From a virus (Duplodnaviria; Heunggongvirae; Uroviricota; Caudoviricetes), in the IMG/VR virus record IMGVR_UViG_3300025364_000002: a stretch of 64,000 nucleotides of DNA. The stretch is one strand, 5' to 3'. Below are positions 50,295 through 60,001 of this stretch, piece by piece (position 1 is the first letter of the stretch; each line of letters begins with the position of its first letter). Made by a program: the position numbers and the translations under genes. The notes beneath the pieces are model-generated. The model did no database searches. It saw nothing but the letters and a program-made list of their open reading frames with translations, and had not been told where the DNA came from.

Positions 50295-51118
50295 TCACTC
50301 TTTCAGTCTGAGCTTCTTCAATTCTCGGGAGCTAATTTGACGAAGTTGCCAACAATATACGCTCTTTCCATAAGTCTGTTCACACTTGCGAGCGCCCTCA
50401 CGTCCATCATATCCCTCAGTAAAATTAGAAACTTTGAGATAAACGTCGTAAAAATCTCCATGACGCCACATTTCACGAACAAATTCCCGTCCTCCGTAAC
50501 CGATTCGTCGATCTTGGTACGATTCAGCCTTGGGAATCTTTTTTAGAGCGGTCTTGTACCAGATTCCGTGTTTACGAACGTAAATCTTTCCCTGATATTT
50601 AAATACGTCAGGGTTATCTTTGCGAGGTTTTCTTTTTGGCAATCGAGGAGCACGACGAAGGATGCCATCAGAATCAACATAAAAGGAATTGTCTCGACCA
50701 CGATCGATTACCTCGTGTTCCAAACCCCAAACGTCAAGCGCATAGAGTTTGCCATCATCCTTGTAATAGGCAACACGATCAACATATCCCCAAAGATGTT
50801 GATAAATGTGTGCATTCACAGCATTATCGTTAGGGCAAACCTTTCGAATTTCCGAGTAAACGTCATCCCACTTACGGCCAATCGAACTACGCAAAAATCG
50901 AACCAGAGGACCAAGGTGTTCGCCAAAAGACTTGTCACCACGGGCACGCTTGCCAAACATAGATTCCTTACGAGGAAGGGACCACTCATCGTAGTCACCT
51001 TTCGTAGCTTGTTGAATCTTTTTTTTAGAACCTTTTCTTTTATTAAGAGCTTTTTTTTGTTAATCCAACCCTGATAGCGAGGTTCCTCGCAGAGTACCTT
51101 TTTGAAATCTTTTCTCAT
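50295..51118 (-). CDS. conserved hypothetical protein, frameshifted at an A8 run
   Basis: N-terminus MRKDFKKVLCEEPR is in one frame and the body ESMFG...LGPLVRFLRSSIGRKWDDVYSEI is in the -1 frame. Confidence 0.65.
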
Positions 51119-51230
51119 AAACCTTTTCTCCTGCTAAAGTACATATCAACCATATCCCTGTCGAATGGGTTGTAGTCTCAAAATGATTACTTTGCAGTAG
51201 ATGGTTCACTGATTTCTCCAAAAGAGGCGA

Positions 51231-51536
51231 TCACTTAGACTGAAGTACCAATCCTCGGTCGAAACCGCCTCGAAGTTGTAATTTTTTAATTCTAGTTTGC
51301 TCTATTTCAACAGAATTGTGTCCAAGAGCCTTAGCCAAGGAGTAAACGACTTCTATCACATCAGCCATTTCTTCTAAACTCGGTTCAGCAACAAGTTCAG
51401 AAGCTTCCTCAATTACCTTGTCAAGTAAGAGAGGGATTTTTTCATTGTCATGACACGAGATAATTTCAAGGTTATCAGAGAGACCGCCATTATCATCAAT
51501 AATTTTAGGTATCTTATCTCGTATTAACTTTCTCAT
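51231..51536 (-). CDS. MazG-like nucleotide pyrophosphohydrolase
   Basis: KLIRDKIP, KVIEEASE, EEMADVIEV, RGGFD. Confidence 0.85.
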   Translation of the reverse strand: MRKLIRDKIPKIIDDNGGLSDNLEIISCHDNEKIPLLLDKVIEEASELVAEPSLEEMADVIEVVYSLAKALGHNSVEIEQTRIKKLQLRGGFDRGLVLQSK

Positions 51537-51545
51537 GTTATGAGT

Positions 51546-51636
51546 TGGCGGAAGGCAGAGGACTTGAACCCCAACGGTTGTTGACCGTCCATCCGCTTTC
51601 GAGACGGCGGCGATCACCCGGATCGCTTTACCTTCC
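51546..51636 (-). tRNA. tRNA-Ser(CGA)
   Basis: Loop CTCGAAA, long variable arm, CCA. Confidence 0.9.
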
Positions 51637-51653
51637 AAAGGTTTGTGTAATTA

Positions 51654-51929
51654 TTATTTGTCTTCCAATTCGCCAAGGATTTCTCCAGTGCTTATGCTAT
51701 ATTCATAGCGTGATGGAGGTAATGTAAAAGTTGCCACAAATTGATCATAACAATCTTCACAAATGTCCCAAGCATGCTTTTGCATGTCTTTGCGAGACCA
51801 AAATCCCCAATGAACCTCTAAGGAGGCGTAATCTTTCTCAGTTTCATGGTCACACTGACTCCCACACTTGTTGCAGTAAACTGCATCAGTCTCTTGAACT
51901 TGGATAGTTTTTATCGTAAATGTTTTCAT
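51654..51929 (-). CDS. hypothetical Zn-binding protein
   Basis: CNKC...CEDC. Confidence 0.7.
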   Translation of the reverse strand: MKTFTIKTIQVQETDAVYCNKCGSQCDHETEKDYASLEVHWGFWSRKDMQKHAWDICEDCYDQFVATFTLPPSRYEYSISTGEILGELEDK

Positions 51930-52129
51930 TATTTTCGCCTAAAGGTCCAAACCCAGGCAGCAATATGCTCAACGATATCGTTGTGCAGGGCTGATTTTGT
52001 AGCGAATTCTCGTATCACCTGTGCGTTTTCCCACGCATCTCTGGAGATGCCCTGCATCTTCGCTGATTTAGCTGATAGCATCAACCTTTTTCTAGCTTCA
52101 ATTTTGGACTGAACATCTATTTCAGACAT
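51929..52129 (-). CDS. hypothetical protein
   Basis: 66-aa ORF, coupled. Confidence 0.55.
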   Translation of the reverse strand: MSEIDVQSKIEARKRLMLSAKSAKMQGISRDAWENAQVIREFATKSALHNDIVEHIAAWVWTFRRK

Positions 52130-52142
52130 AATGGAGATTAGA

Positions 52143-53318
52143 TCACTTTACAAGTTTTGTAAACAGCTCAGTCTCACGTCGTTCAATTTCTTGTCCGATT
52201 TCTCGTCCCTTTAAACCCTGAGCCATCAACTCTTGTCCACTCACGGATGGTTCGTATTTAATAAATGCATCTACCAAATTCATGTCCGGCTCACCACTAA
52301 GTTGAGCAAATTCCTTCAAGTCCTCAGGAGAAAGTCGTGTCGGCTTCCACAATTTTTTCAAATGATAAGCATTCTCGGGAGAAAGGTTTTGAAAAAGATT
52401 AAGAAAAGCAATTTGCCTAGTTTCAACTACACTGTATTTTAAGTTGTTTAACTTTTGAGACAAAACTTTAGGATTGTTATCTCGTGTAAGAAGAGCAAGT
52501 TGCACTGGGATGTTCTTTGTTTCTTCATACCACGTGTTTAGCTTTAACCCAGGTAAAATCTTTTCCCATAAATTGAAAGAGTCATAAAGACGATGTAAGG
52601 CCCTGACGGATTGGGCACTCTTAATGCTTTTCAAGAATTCATCTCTGATTCTTTCAGGCGACACACCCTCTAAGGAATTATTTGCCCTAATGGCGTCTTC
52701 GGTCGGTTTATCAAGCCCAGCACCCATACGAGCTGCAAATCTAATAGCTCGCAAAATTCTCAGTCTGTCCTCATCAAATCTTTCTGAGGGATCTCCAACA
52801 GCTCTAACCACACCTTTTTCTAGATCTTCAAGACCGCCTACCAAGTCCACAACTTCTTGACTGTCGATGTCATAAAAAAGTGCGTTAATTGTAAGATCAC
52901 GACGTTTCACATCATTTTCAATAGTAGTAAACTCAACTGCATCGGGTCGTCGACCCACCAAAGACTTAAATTCTCGATATTCTTCTGGAAAAAGTTGTGC
53001 GGCTTTATTTTTCCAATTAGCCGACTCTGTCAACTTGTTTGTGGTTGTTGGGGTAAATGTGATAAAGATACCATCTGTAGGATCACCCTCCACGACACTG
53101 ATACTATCAGTGCTGTACTCATCGAAAATTTTATAGTGTTCATCCCACCAATCTTCTTCGGGTGTACCTGCTTCATATCGACATCCGAGTGTATGAGTTT
53201 CAATGAACCAGCCATTTACAATAACAGTATCACCACAAGTTCTTGCAGTCTTCAATTTAGCCAGAAGGTCATTTCCAGCCTTTTGAACGGTTGCAGGTAA
53301 ATCTTCATACTTGGTCAT
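52143..53318 (-). CDS. CCA-adding tRNA nucleotidyltransferase, C-terminal part (motifs B-E) with ~120-aa extra N-terminus
   Basis: GRRPD, DVKRRDLTINAL, GGLEDL, RFDEDRLRILRAIRF, VSPERIRDEF. Confidence 0.85.
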   Translation of the reverse strand: MTKYEDLPATVQKAGNDLLAKLKTARTCGDTVIVNGWFIETHTLGCRYEAGTPEEDWWDEHYKIFDEYSTDSISVVEGDPTDGIFITFTPTTTNKLTESANWKNKAAQLFPEEYREFKSLVGRRPDAVEFTTIENDVKRRDLTINALFYDIDSQEVVDLVGGLEDLEKGVVRAVGDPSERFDEDRLRILRAIRFAARMGAGLDKPTEDAIRANNSLEGVSPERIRDEFLKSIKSAQSVRALHRLYDSFNLWEKILPGLKLNTWYEETKNIPVQLALLTRDNNPKVLSQKLNNLKYSVVETRQIAFLNLFQNLSPENAYHLKKLWKPTRLSPEDLKEFAQLSGEPDMNLVDAFIKYEPSVSGQELMAQGLKGREIGQEIERRETELFTKLVK

Positions 53319-54039
53319 CAACATATCTCCACATAAAACCACCAGCTTGTTTCCTGTACTTTTTGTTTCTGGCAGCACAGCTAATGTTTCTAATTCCCAA
53401 GTCTTTTTGAGCTTTATCAACACTTTCCCAAATTTGGATCATTTCACCGTCTAAAGTCATTTGCATTACTTTTTTCTTGTTCCAAGCTGATTTTCCTCTA
53501 CGAGCTTTAGAAATCTTCTGCTTTTGTGCTTCTGTACAAGGTTTTCCAAGTCTTCTGGTGTTACCTATAAGTGACTTGGAAATATTTTTCTTGTGTACAG
53601 AAGTTAATTTTCGACCCTTATGCTGTCTAGCAACTTGTGCTATTTTTTGCTTCGCCTTCTCACTGTGCTTATAACCGTGAGATCCAACCTCTCCTCCAGA
53701 AGTGACATTTGTTAAATCACAACCTTTGTCTTTGAAATATTGAATCCAATACCGCTCTCGTTCTGTCAACAAACTTTCTTCACATTTTTCAATGGCAATT
53801 ATCCTCAGTTTGGAGAGCAATCCTTTTCTCTCCAATAATCGCAACCAATTATTCTTATGCGAGTTATTCTTGTTCCTTCGATGCTTATGCTTAGAGAGTC
53901 TAACGTTTAGCTTTGATACAGTTTTACCAACATATCTGACCTCATTAGTCATTGGGCATACGAGCGAGTAGACGCAGCCTTTTCTTCCAGTTTTCTGGCT
54001 GTTTTTCTTGGATGAATTTAACGAAACTTTCATAATCAT
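53305..54039 (-). mobile_element. GIY-YIG homing endonuclease (NUMOD3/NUMOD1) splitting the CCA enzyme gene
   Basis: GCVYSL...VRYVGKT, HSEKAKQKI, KQAGGFMWRY. Confidence 0.9.
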
Positions 54040-54892
54040 CTTTTAAATATGAATCTTCACGGAAAGTTGCTATTTCATATTCATTGCCCTCAGGGGTTAT
54101 AACATTGATAACACCAAATGCCTTCCCAACTTCCATTGTTTTGTACTCTGGGAATTTCCTGATTATTTCAAGAATGCGATTAGGATTAGCATCTGTGGCC
54201 ACATCATAATCCTTAGGTTCTTTACCCAGCAATGCATCCCGTACTGCTCCACCTACAACGTAAAGTTGATGTCCAGCTTTTGAAAAGATTTGTGATAATC
54301 TTTGAATGTCAGCAGGTATTTTCATATTAAAGGGCTTTCGCACTGATTCAACTAAGAAATTGAAATTTTCATTTAAAATTTCATCAATAAGCCATTTAAC
54401 GCTTTCGTTTTTAGCCTCAGTTTCTTGGTTGTCTTTTTTTGGCACCTGATCCAGTGGCGAAGGTTGCTTTTTCTGCAAATATTTTTTAAACTTGCGCTCC
54501 CGTTTTTTGCGAGGTACAGTGTAATGTTTTTTTAACAACTGATCAATGGTAGATTGGTACCAGCGCTTTGCCTGTCCAGCAAGTTTGTTGTCATCTACAA
54601 AATGATCAATATAAAGACGCACTCCGTGCGTATCACCGGATTGACGTGGGTCCATATCTGGATCCATTTTAAGCAAGCCTGACAACTGGTCGAGTTTCTT
54701 GGTTGGAGAGTATCCTCCCCTGACTGATGACACGGAAAACTTAGCAAGTTTAGTCAAATCATCATGAATTTCGGGAAAATTTTTCTTCATGTGATTAACG
54801 TAATCTTGCGATAGCTCCTCACGGTGTTCGAGCATGACTTCATCAAGCACTTCCTCAATCAAATATACAAGGTCTTTCTTTTTCATGGACAT
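53945..54892 (-). CDS. CCA-adding tRNA nucleotidyltransferase, N-terminal part (motif A) with ~170-aa N-terminal extension
   Basis: LYVVGGAVRDALLGKEPKDYDVATDA, EIATFRED. Confidence 0.88.
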   Translation of the reverse strand: MSMKKKDLVYLIEEVLDEVMLEHREELSQDYVNHMKKNFPEIHDDLTKLAKFSVSSVRGGYSPTKKLDQLSGLLKMDPDMDPRQSGDTHGVRLYIDHFVDDNKLAGQAKRWYQSTIDQLLKKHYTVPRKKRERKFKKYLQKKQPSPLDQVPKKDNQETEAKNESVKWLIDEILNENFNFLVESVRKPFNMKIPADIQRLSQIFSKAGHQLYVVGGAVRDALLGKEPKDYDVATDANPNRILEIIRKFPEYKTMEVGKAFGVINVITPEGNEYEIATFREDSYLKDDYESFVKFIQEKQPENWKKRLRLLARMPND

Positions 54893-54895
54893 AAC

Positions 54896-54902
54896 TAAAT
54901 AT
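54896..54902 (-). promoter_or_regulatory. ATAYTTA motif (putative phage late-type promoter element), example copy
   Basis: ATA(C/T)TTA recurs shortly upstream of starts at 17082, 17859, 28964, 43876, 46011, 54892, 56503 and 58223. Confidence 0.5.
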
Positions 54903-54921
54903 TATTTCTAAAACTAACAAC

Positions 54922-55233
54922 ATGAATGATTGGATTAAAACTGAAGACGGCAAAAAAATTAAAACATTATATAATGGAAAAATTGCCGTTGTTGGACCAG
55001 AAGATACATCTAGTATTGTTCCTTTGTTTTGTTCTTGTTGTAATTTTCCAATGAGAACTACTGATGATAGTGTCAGTTATCGTAAATATGGCGTTTGTAG
55101 CAAATGCGATAATCGTTGGACTTCAAAACCTGGGGTGACGTGGCCTGAAGGACCTGATAAATCATCTGTGGACTGGCGAGAATATCTTGAACACAGACTG
55201 ATACTTGAAAAACCTGTAATAAACTTCAAATAA
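54922..55233 (+). CDS. hypothetical protein with CxxC..CxxC
   Basis: 103-aa ORF, first gene after the strand switch. Confidence 0.7.
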   Translation: MNDWIKTEDGKKIKTLYNGKIAVVGPEDTSSIVPLFCSCCNFPMRTTDDSVSYRKYGVCSKCDNRWTSKPGVTWPEGPDKSSVDWREYLEHRLILEKPVINFK

Positions 55234-55284
55234 TAAAACTACTTGTATGTCACGCTCTAATTATCTTGAGCCAAGGATATAAAG

Positions 55285-55683
55285 ATGGAAACCGATTACA
55301 AGAAACTTCTTAGAATCTCACAAGTTCTCAATAACACATTTGGTACTGATGGACCTGGATACCAACATATAAGCGGAATGAATGTCAGGCTTGATCCAAT
55401 CGACAGCGGGCTACTGAAAGCACGTTGTATTATGACCGTTACTTTTCGTTCCGATCAAATGATGAGAGAAAGACTTCGCAAACACAGAGATGAAGCTGTT
55501 GCTATGATCAAAGGAGCACTTGATCGCTTCAAAGACGATTATCAAGCTCGATTTGACGAGGAAATAAGTTACGAAATGGATGATAAAGCTCTTGAAGAGA
55601 GCACAGAGTTTATTCATGTTTCCCAATACACAGCTTTGAGTCGGGCTTTTTATAGAGTTAATACTCTAGTACGAATAAAATAA
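55285..55683 (+). CDS. hypothetical protein
   Basis: 132-aa ORF. Confidence 0.72.
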   Translation: METDYKKLLRISQVLNNTFGTDGPGYQHISGMNVRLDPIDSGLLKARCIMTVTFRSDQMMRERLRKHRDEAVAMIKGALDRFKDDYQARFDEEISYEMDDKALEESTEFIHVSQYTALSRAFYRVNTLVRIK

Positions 55684-55694
55684 TTTCCAATGGT

Positions 55695-56474
55695 ATGAAT
55701 AACCAAATTTATAAAAAATGTCAAAAGGATTTTGAATTCTACTGTGAATACTCACTGAGTATCGAATCACCGATTTATGGCGAAGTGCCATTTAAAATAG
55801 GCGAAGTGCCATTTAAACTATTTGATTACCAAAAATATGTTTCCAGACTCTTAGATAATAAGAAAAAAATGGTGGTTGTTACACCTAGGCAAATGGGTTT
55901 TACCAGTTTAGTTGCTGCTCGCTGCTTTTGGGAAATACAGTCTAAACCTAATATAAATGTGTTGGTTGTTGTACCAGGACATCACATGGTTAAATATTTT
56001 ATGTCCATAATTGATCGTTGGATCTCATACGGGAAGTATTTCAAACAAAGTCCTAACGGTCATTGGTCTACAAAAGTTGGAGAAATCAAATGTATTGCCA
56101 ACAACAGCACCTTAACATGTCATTCTTCAATATCGACATTTCATAATATTCGTGGAAAATCTATTGACATACTGGTGCTGCTTGATTTTGCCTGGTGTGA
56201 TACCGCACAGGAAATAATAAAAACATTATTTCCGGCGTTGACGCCAAGTTCTAAAGTTTTGATGGTTTCTACACCTGCAAATACTTCCAAGGTGGAATCA
56301 GCAAAAGTCTTCAAAGAATTTTATTTCGATGCCCAAAAGGGCAAAAATGATTTTTATCCATACCGAGTGCCCTGGTGGTCCAAACCAGGGCATAGTATAA
56401 ATAAGTTCGCCGATATCGTTAGTAACTTTAGCATTAATGATTATGATTATGAAATCTTAGCAAAGTTTGACTAA
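55695..56474 (+). CDS. terminase large-subunit ATPase-only paralog, degenerate Walker B
   Basis: VPFKLFDYQ, PRQMGFTS, RGKSIDILVLLDFAW, VSTP; no nuclease domain. Confidence 0.75.
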   Translation: MNNQIYKKCQKDFEFYCEYSLSIESPIYGEVPFKIGEVPFKLFDYQKYVSRLLDNKKKMVVVTPRQMGFTSLVAARCFWEIQSKPNINVLVVVPGHHMVKYFMSIIDRWISYGKYFKQSPNGHWSTKVGEIKCIANNSTLTCHSSISTFHNIRGKSIDILVLLDFAWCDTAQEIIKTLFPALTPSSKVLMVSTPANTSKVESAKVFKEFYFDAQKGKNDFYPYRVPWWSKPGHSINKFADIVSNFSINDYDYEILAKFD

Positions 56475-56502
56475 AATCTCAAGTCACATACTTACTTGAG
56501 TA

Positions 56503-58194
56503 ATGCCAAGGAGAAAAAATCACAAAGGAAAGAGCAAGGCTCCTTCCAAAAAGATACAAATGCAAGAAATTGTGAAGTGTGGCTCAGATGCTGCTTACTT
56601 CATCAATAATTATGTAAAAATCCCACATCCAATTAAGGGAATGATTCCCTTTAAGACATACCCATTCCAGGATGACTGTTTAAAAGCATTTCAACAAAAT
56701 AAAAACGTAATTGTAAACAAAAGTCGTCAGTTAGGATTATCAACAATTGTAGCTGCTTATTCTCTTTGGATGGCTCTTTTCCAAAAGGAAAAGAGCATTC
56801 TTGTTATTGCTATTAAACTTGAGACGGCAAAACTTTTCATCAAAAAGGTTGAGGCTATGCTTGCCGGTTTGCCGGATTGGCTTGTTATGCCACAAATCCG
56901 AGCACAATCCGTTAGATATATCATCTTCTCTAACGGTAGTAAAATTCAAGCAATTCCAACATCTCCTGGAGCTGGTCGTGGTGAAGCCCTTTCTTTACTC
57001 ATTGTCGATGAAGCTGCGCACGTTGAAGGAATTGATGATATTTGGCTTGGTCTACAACCAACGCTTTCTACTGGTGGTTCATCTATCTTGATTTCAACAC
57101 CTTCTGGTGTTGGTACTCTGTTCCACAAAATTTGGACAGCCTCTAAAGAGGAGAGAAATGATTTCCACGCTATCGAACTTCCTTGGACTGTTCACCCTGA
57201 ACGAGATCAAGAATGGTTCGAAGAGCAAAGAAGAGGCATTATTGAAGCACACGGAGAGCGTGGCGTAGCTCAAGAACTTCTATGTTCCTTTGCAGCATCA
57301 GGTGACACGTTTCTTAGAAGCGATGTCATGGAAAAAATATATGTTGACATCAAAGACCCAATTTCTTATTGGGGGCCAGAAGGTGTTGCCAAAAAAGATA
57401 CGTGGATTTGGAAGCATCCAGTAACAAATCACAAATATGTAATTGCTGCTGACGTAGCAAGGGGCGATGGCGAAGATTTTTCAGCGTTTCATGTCATTGA
57501 TATAGATGCGGATGAGGTTGTAGCTGAATTCAAAGGTAAAGTTGCACCGGATAAATTAGCAGAAATGCTTGTACAAGTTGGCATGAGATATAACATGGCA
57601 ATGATCTGTCCTGAGAAGAACTCTATTGGCATCGGTTGCGTTCTTAAATTAAAAGAACTCAACTATCCGAATCTTTATTATGACAAATTACACAAGAATA
57701 TTTACATGGTTTATTCGACTATGGACACTGAAAACGAAATACCAGGCTTTGATACAAACCCTAAAACTCGTATAGAAGCACTTGTAAAACTTGAAGATGT
57801 ACTAAGAAACAGAAGACTTAAAACATATTCTAAACGTCTCTATGAGGAACTCCAAACCTTCATCTGGAAAGGTAATAAGCCAATGGCGCAAAAGGGCTAT
57901 CATGACGACCTTGTTATGGCTCTTGCTATTGGTAATTCTTTATATGAAGCTAGTGGTACAAACACTTATAGTAACGACGATTTAGCCAAAGCCATGATCG
58001 CAGGTATGTCTGTAGCACACAACTCTATGGATTCAAACCCAACTCCAAATTCAACTCCGATGCCACCAGTTATGACCGACGGTTCTCTTTCCAGTTTTCT
58101 CGATCAAGCGAGAGCAAAATCTATGCGAAACTCCAAAATTCAAAATTATAACGATCCGTACTGGCAGCAATTTAATTGGCTTTGGAAAGATTGA
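56503..58194 (+). CDS. terL: terminase large subunit (T4 gp17-like)
   Basis: KSRQLGLST, LIVDEAAH, STPSG, IAADVARGDG, HDDLVMALAI. Confidence 0.93.
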   Translation: MPRRKNHKGKSKAPSKKIQMQEIVKCGSDAAYFINNYVKIPHPIKGMIPFKTYPFQDDCLKAFQQNKNVIVNKSRQLGLSTIVAAYSLWMALFQKEKSILVIAIKLETAKLFIKKVEAMLAGLPDWLVMPQIRAQSVRYIIFSNGSKIQAIPTSPGAGRGEALSLLIVDEAAHVEGIDDIWLGLQPTLSTGGSSILISTPSGVGTLFHKIWTASKEERNDFHAIELPWTVHPERDQEWFEEQRRGIIEAHGERGVAQELLCSFAASGDTFLRSDVMEKIYVDIKDPISYWGPEGVAKKDTWIWKHPVTNHKYVIAADVARGDGEDFSAFHVIDIDADEVVAEFKGKVAPDKLAEMLVQVGMRYNMAMICPEKNSIGIGCVLKLKELNYPNLYYDKLHKNIYMVYSTMDTENEIPGFDTNPKTRIEALVKLEDVLRNRRLKTYSKRLYEELQTFIWKGNKPMAQKGYHDDLVMALAIGNSLYEASGTNTYSNDDLAKAMIAGMSVAHNSMDSNPTPNSTPMPPVMTDGSLSSFLDQARAKSMRNSKIQNYNDPYWQQFNWLWKD

Positions 58195-58222
58195 ACCAGG
58201 TTAGGATATTTAAGAATAAACA

Positions 58223-59224
58223 ATGTCAAACTATATCTTTTCAGCATCATTATCGCCAGGCAATGGAGCCGACGCTTTTTTCTTTTTAAAAGAAACGTTA
58301 GTTGCTGCTGGTTTTACTGTTCCATCATCAAGCGATGGTTCTTCCCTTTCGGCTGGCGATATTATTAACACTTCTGCGGACTTAAATAACAACAATGCTT
58401 GGTTCATTGTTCGTCAGCCACAAAGTGCTACTTCGTCTCATGGCGGTGTACAGCGAGAATATGCTTTTCAACGTGGAACAACTTCAAGAACCTGGAGAGC
58501 AAAATATTCTTATAGCGCAAGTTTCACAGGTAGTGCTAATGCTACAACAATGCCTACTGCTGCTGATGAAGTACGTTTAATCGGCTCTGAGCTTCCTTCA
58601 TTTGCATTTGACTCTAATACACTTTTAACAGATGGCACCTATAGACTTAATATTGCTGTTGATCAAGAACCGCCACATTCGTTTTACTGGGTTACCTTTC
58701 CTAATGGTGGTGGCGATCCAGGCAACTGTTTATTAGTTGATGGAATGCTTAGCGGTACTTTTGCGCCAGGCGACAATGATCCATATGTGCAATATTGGGC
58801 TGATATTAGTGTATTAAGCGGCGAGGTATCAACAGGAGGACCTGCTCTTTCCATAACAGCTTCAGCCATTACAAGCCCGGCATGTTGGACTCGCAAGGGT
58901 GAGTCTGATGAAGTTTATGGTGGAATAGGACTGCTGATATATACTCTGTACGATACCCTTCAGCGTGAATTTGTTGACGGCTGTGGAACAACAAATGGTC
59001 ATAATGGTAAAGATGATCTTTTGCCAGCAATATGGTTTAGATCAGCTAATTCAAACCCGACGGGACCTGGTGGTTACAAAGGCGTTAGTTCATTACTTAA
59101 AATTCCATCTGGTCCAGATCGATCAACCGGGGACACCTATTCAACCACAGCGTCCGGCTCAAAAGACTTTATAAGATTAGGTGATATGGCATTGCCTTGG
59201 AACGGAACTGATCCAACAATATAA
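58223..59224 (+). CDS. probable virion structural protein
   Basis: 333 aa, Gly/Ser/Thr-rich, downstream of terminase. Confidence 0.55.
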   Translation: MSNYIFSASLSPGNGADAFFFLKETLVAAGFTVPSSSDGSSLSAGDIINTSADLNNNNAWFIVRQPQSATSSHGGVQREYAFQRGTTSRTWRAKYSYSASFTGSANATTMPTAADEVRLIGSELPSFAFDSNTLLTDGTYRLNIAVDQEPPHSFYWVTFPNGGGDPGNCLLVDGMLSGTFAPGDNDPYVQYWADISVLSGEVSTGGPALSITASAITSPACWTRKGESDEVYGGIGLLIYTLYDTLQREFVDGCGTTNGHNGKDDLLPAIWFRSANSNPTGPGGYKGVSSLLKIPSGPDRSTGDTYSTTASGSKDFIRLGDMALPWNGTDPTI

Positions 59225-59232
59225 TTTAAACT

Positions 59233-59487
59233 ATGGCAAATTTTGATAGCGCAGAACCGGTTAGTAGCTCTCTTTCTTTGATATTGTCAAGTGACAATAC
59301 TAAAGCAAATACCGGAATTGGAGGTAATACCTTTGCCAAATTCGAAGTTATAACTCAGGAAGTTCAAGTAGGTGGAGGTACAACACTGACGCCCATCTAT
59401 CGAGGGCTTGTAGGAAGTAACTACGTAATTTCCCTGGGATCTCCACCAGTTGGAGCCACATTTGTTACCATTGTTGGATTCCAATGA
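59233..59487 (+). CDS. hypothetical protein
   Basis: 84-aa ORF. Confidence 0.6.
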   Translation: MANFDSAEPVSSSLSLILSSDNTKANTGIGGNTFAKFEVITQEVQVGGGTTLTPIYRGLVGSNYVISLGSPPVGATFVTIVGFQ

Positions 59488-59751
59488 TCCAAAAGTGATC
59501 TAGTTTCAATTACTTAGAAAACCACAAGGTATCCATTTCAATTTCTGTTAATTAAACTCAAGATCGTTCGTCAATTCGTTCGAATCGAACTTATAGACAG
59601 AACTCCTCTGCCAAGTCAGAGTATTTCTTAGTCTAATCGAACTATAGCCGATCAATCTTTCGTTTTAAATCTTAATTTATTAATTTAACAAGTTTAAATT
59701 AAACTATAGATCTACTGGAGGTAGGAATTCCAGGTTCAAATTCAGGTTGAA

Positions 59752-59997
59752 TTGCTCATAACACTATGGTATCATGCCTTCATGAACAAAACTGGAGAAG
59801 TTTGGCTATGTCCAGCTTGTGAGACCAATGCTAGATCTTGCAGGATCTGTGATGGATCTGGATTTTTAACTAATCTGGAATTCCTTCATTATGAAGCAAG
59901 CAAGTTACCTAAACAGGCAAACAAACTGAGCAACTCTTGTAATGAGAAACAAACTCTACTTACACTAGACTTGTCTGAATTCGAAAGCGAGAAATAA
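59752..59997 (+). CDS. hypothetical Zn-ribbon protein
   Basis: CPAC...CRICDGSG. Confidence 0.6.
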   Translation: MLITLWYHAFMNKTGEVWLCPACETNARSCRICDGSGFLTNLEFLHYEASKLPKQANKLSNSCNEKQTLLTLDLSEFESEK

Positions 59998-60001
59998 ACT
60001 T

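Noticed and set aside
53305-54039. Group I intron or intein around the GIY-YIG gene in the CCA enzyme
   Set aside because: The ORFs overlap on both sides, leaving no space for a P3-P9 core, and there are no intein splice motifs.
44-54900. Plus-strand ORFs in the track across the minus-strand block (e.g. 466..861, 20681..21013, 25910..26398, 50568..51074, 52857..53300)
   Set aside because: They are antisense shadows of well-supported minus-strand genes or tRNAs and have no motifs or RBS.
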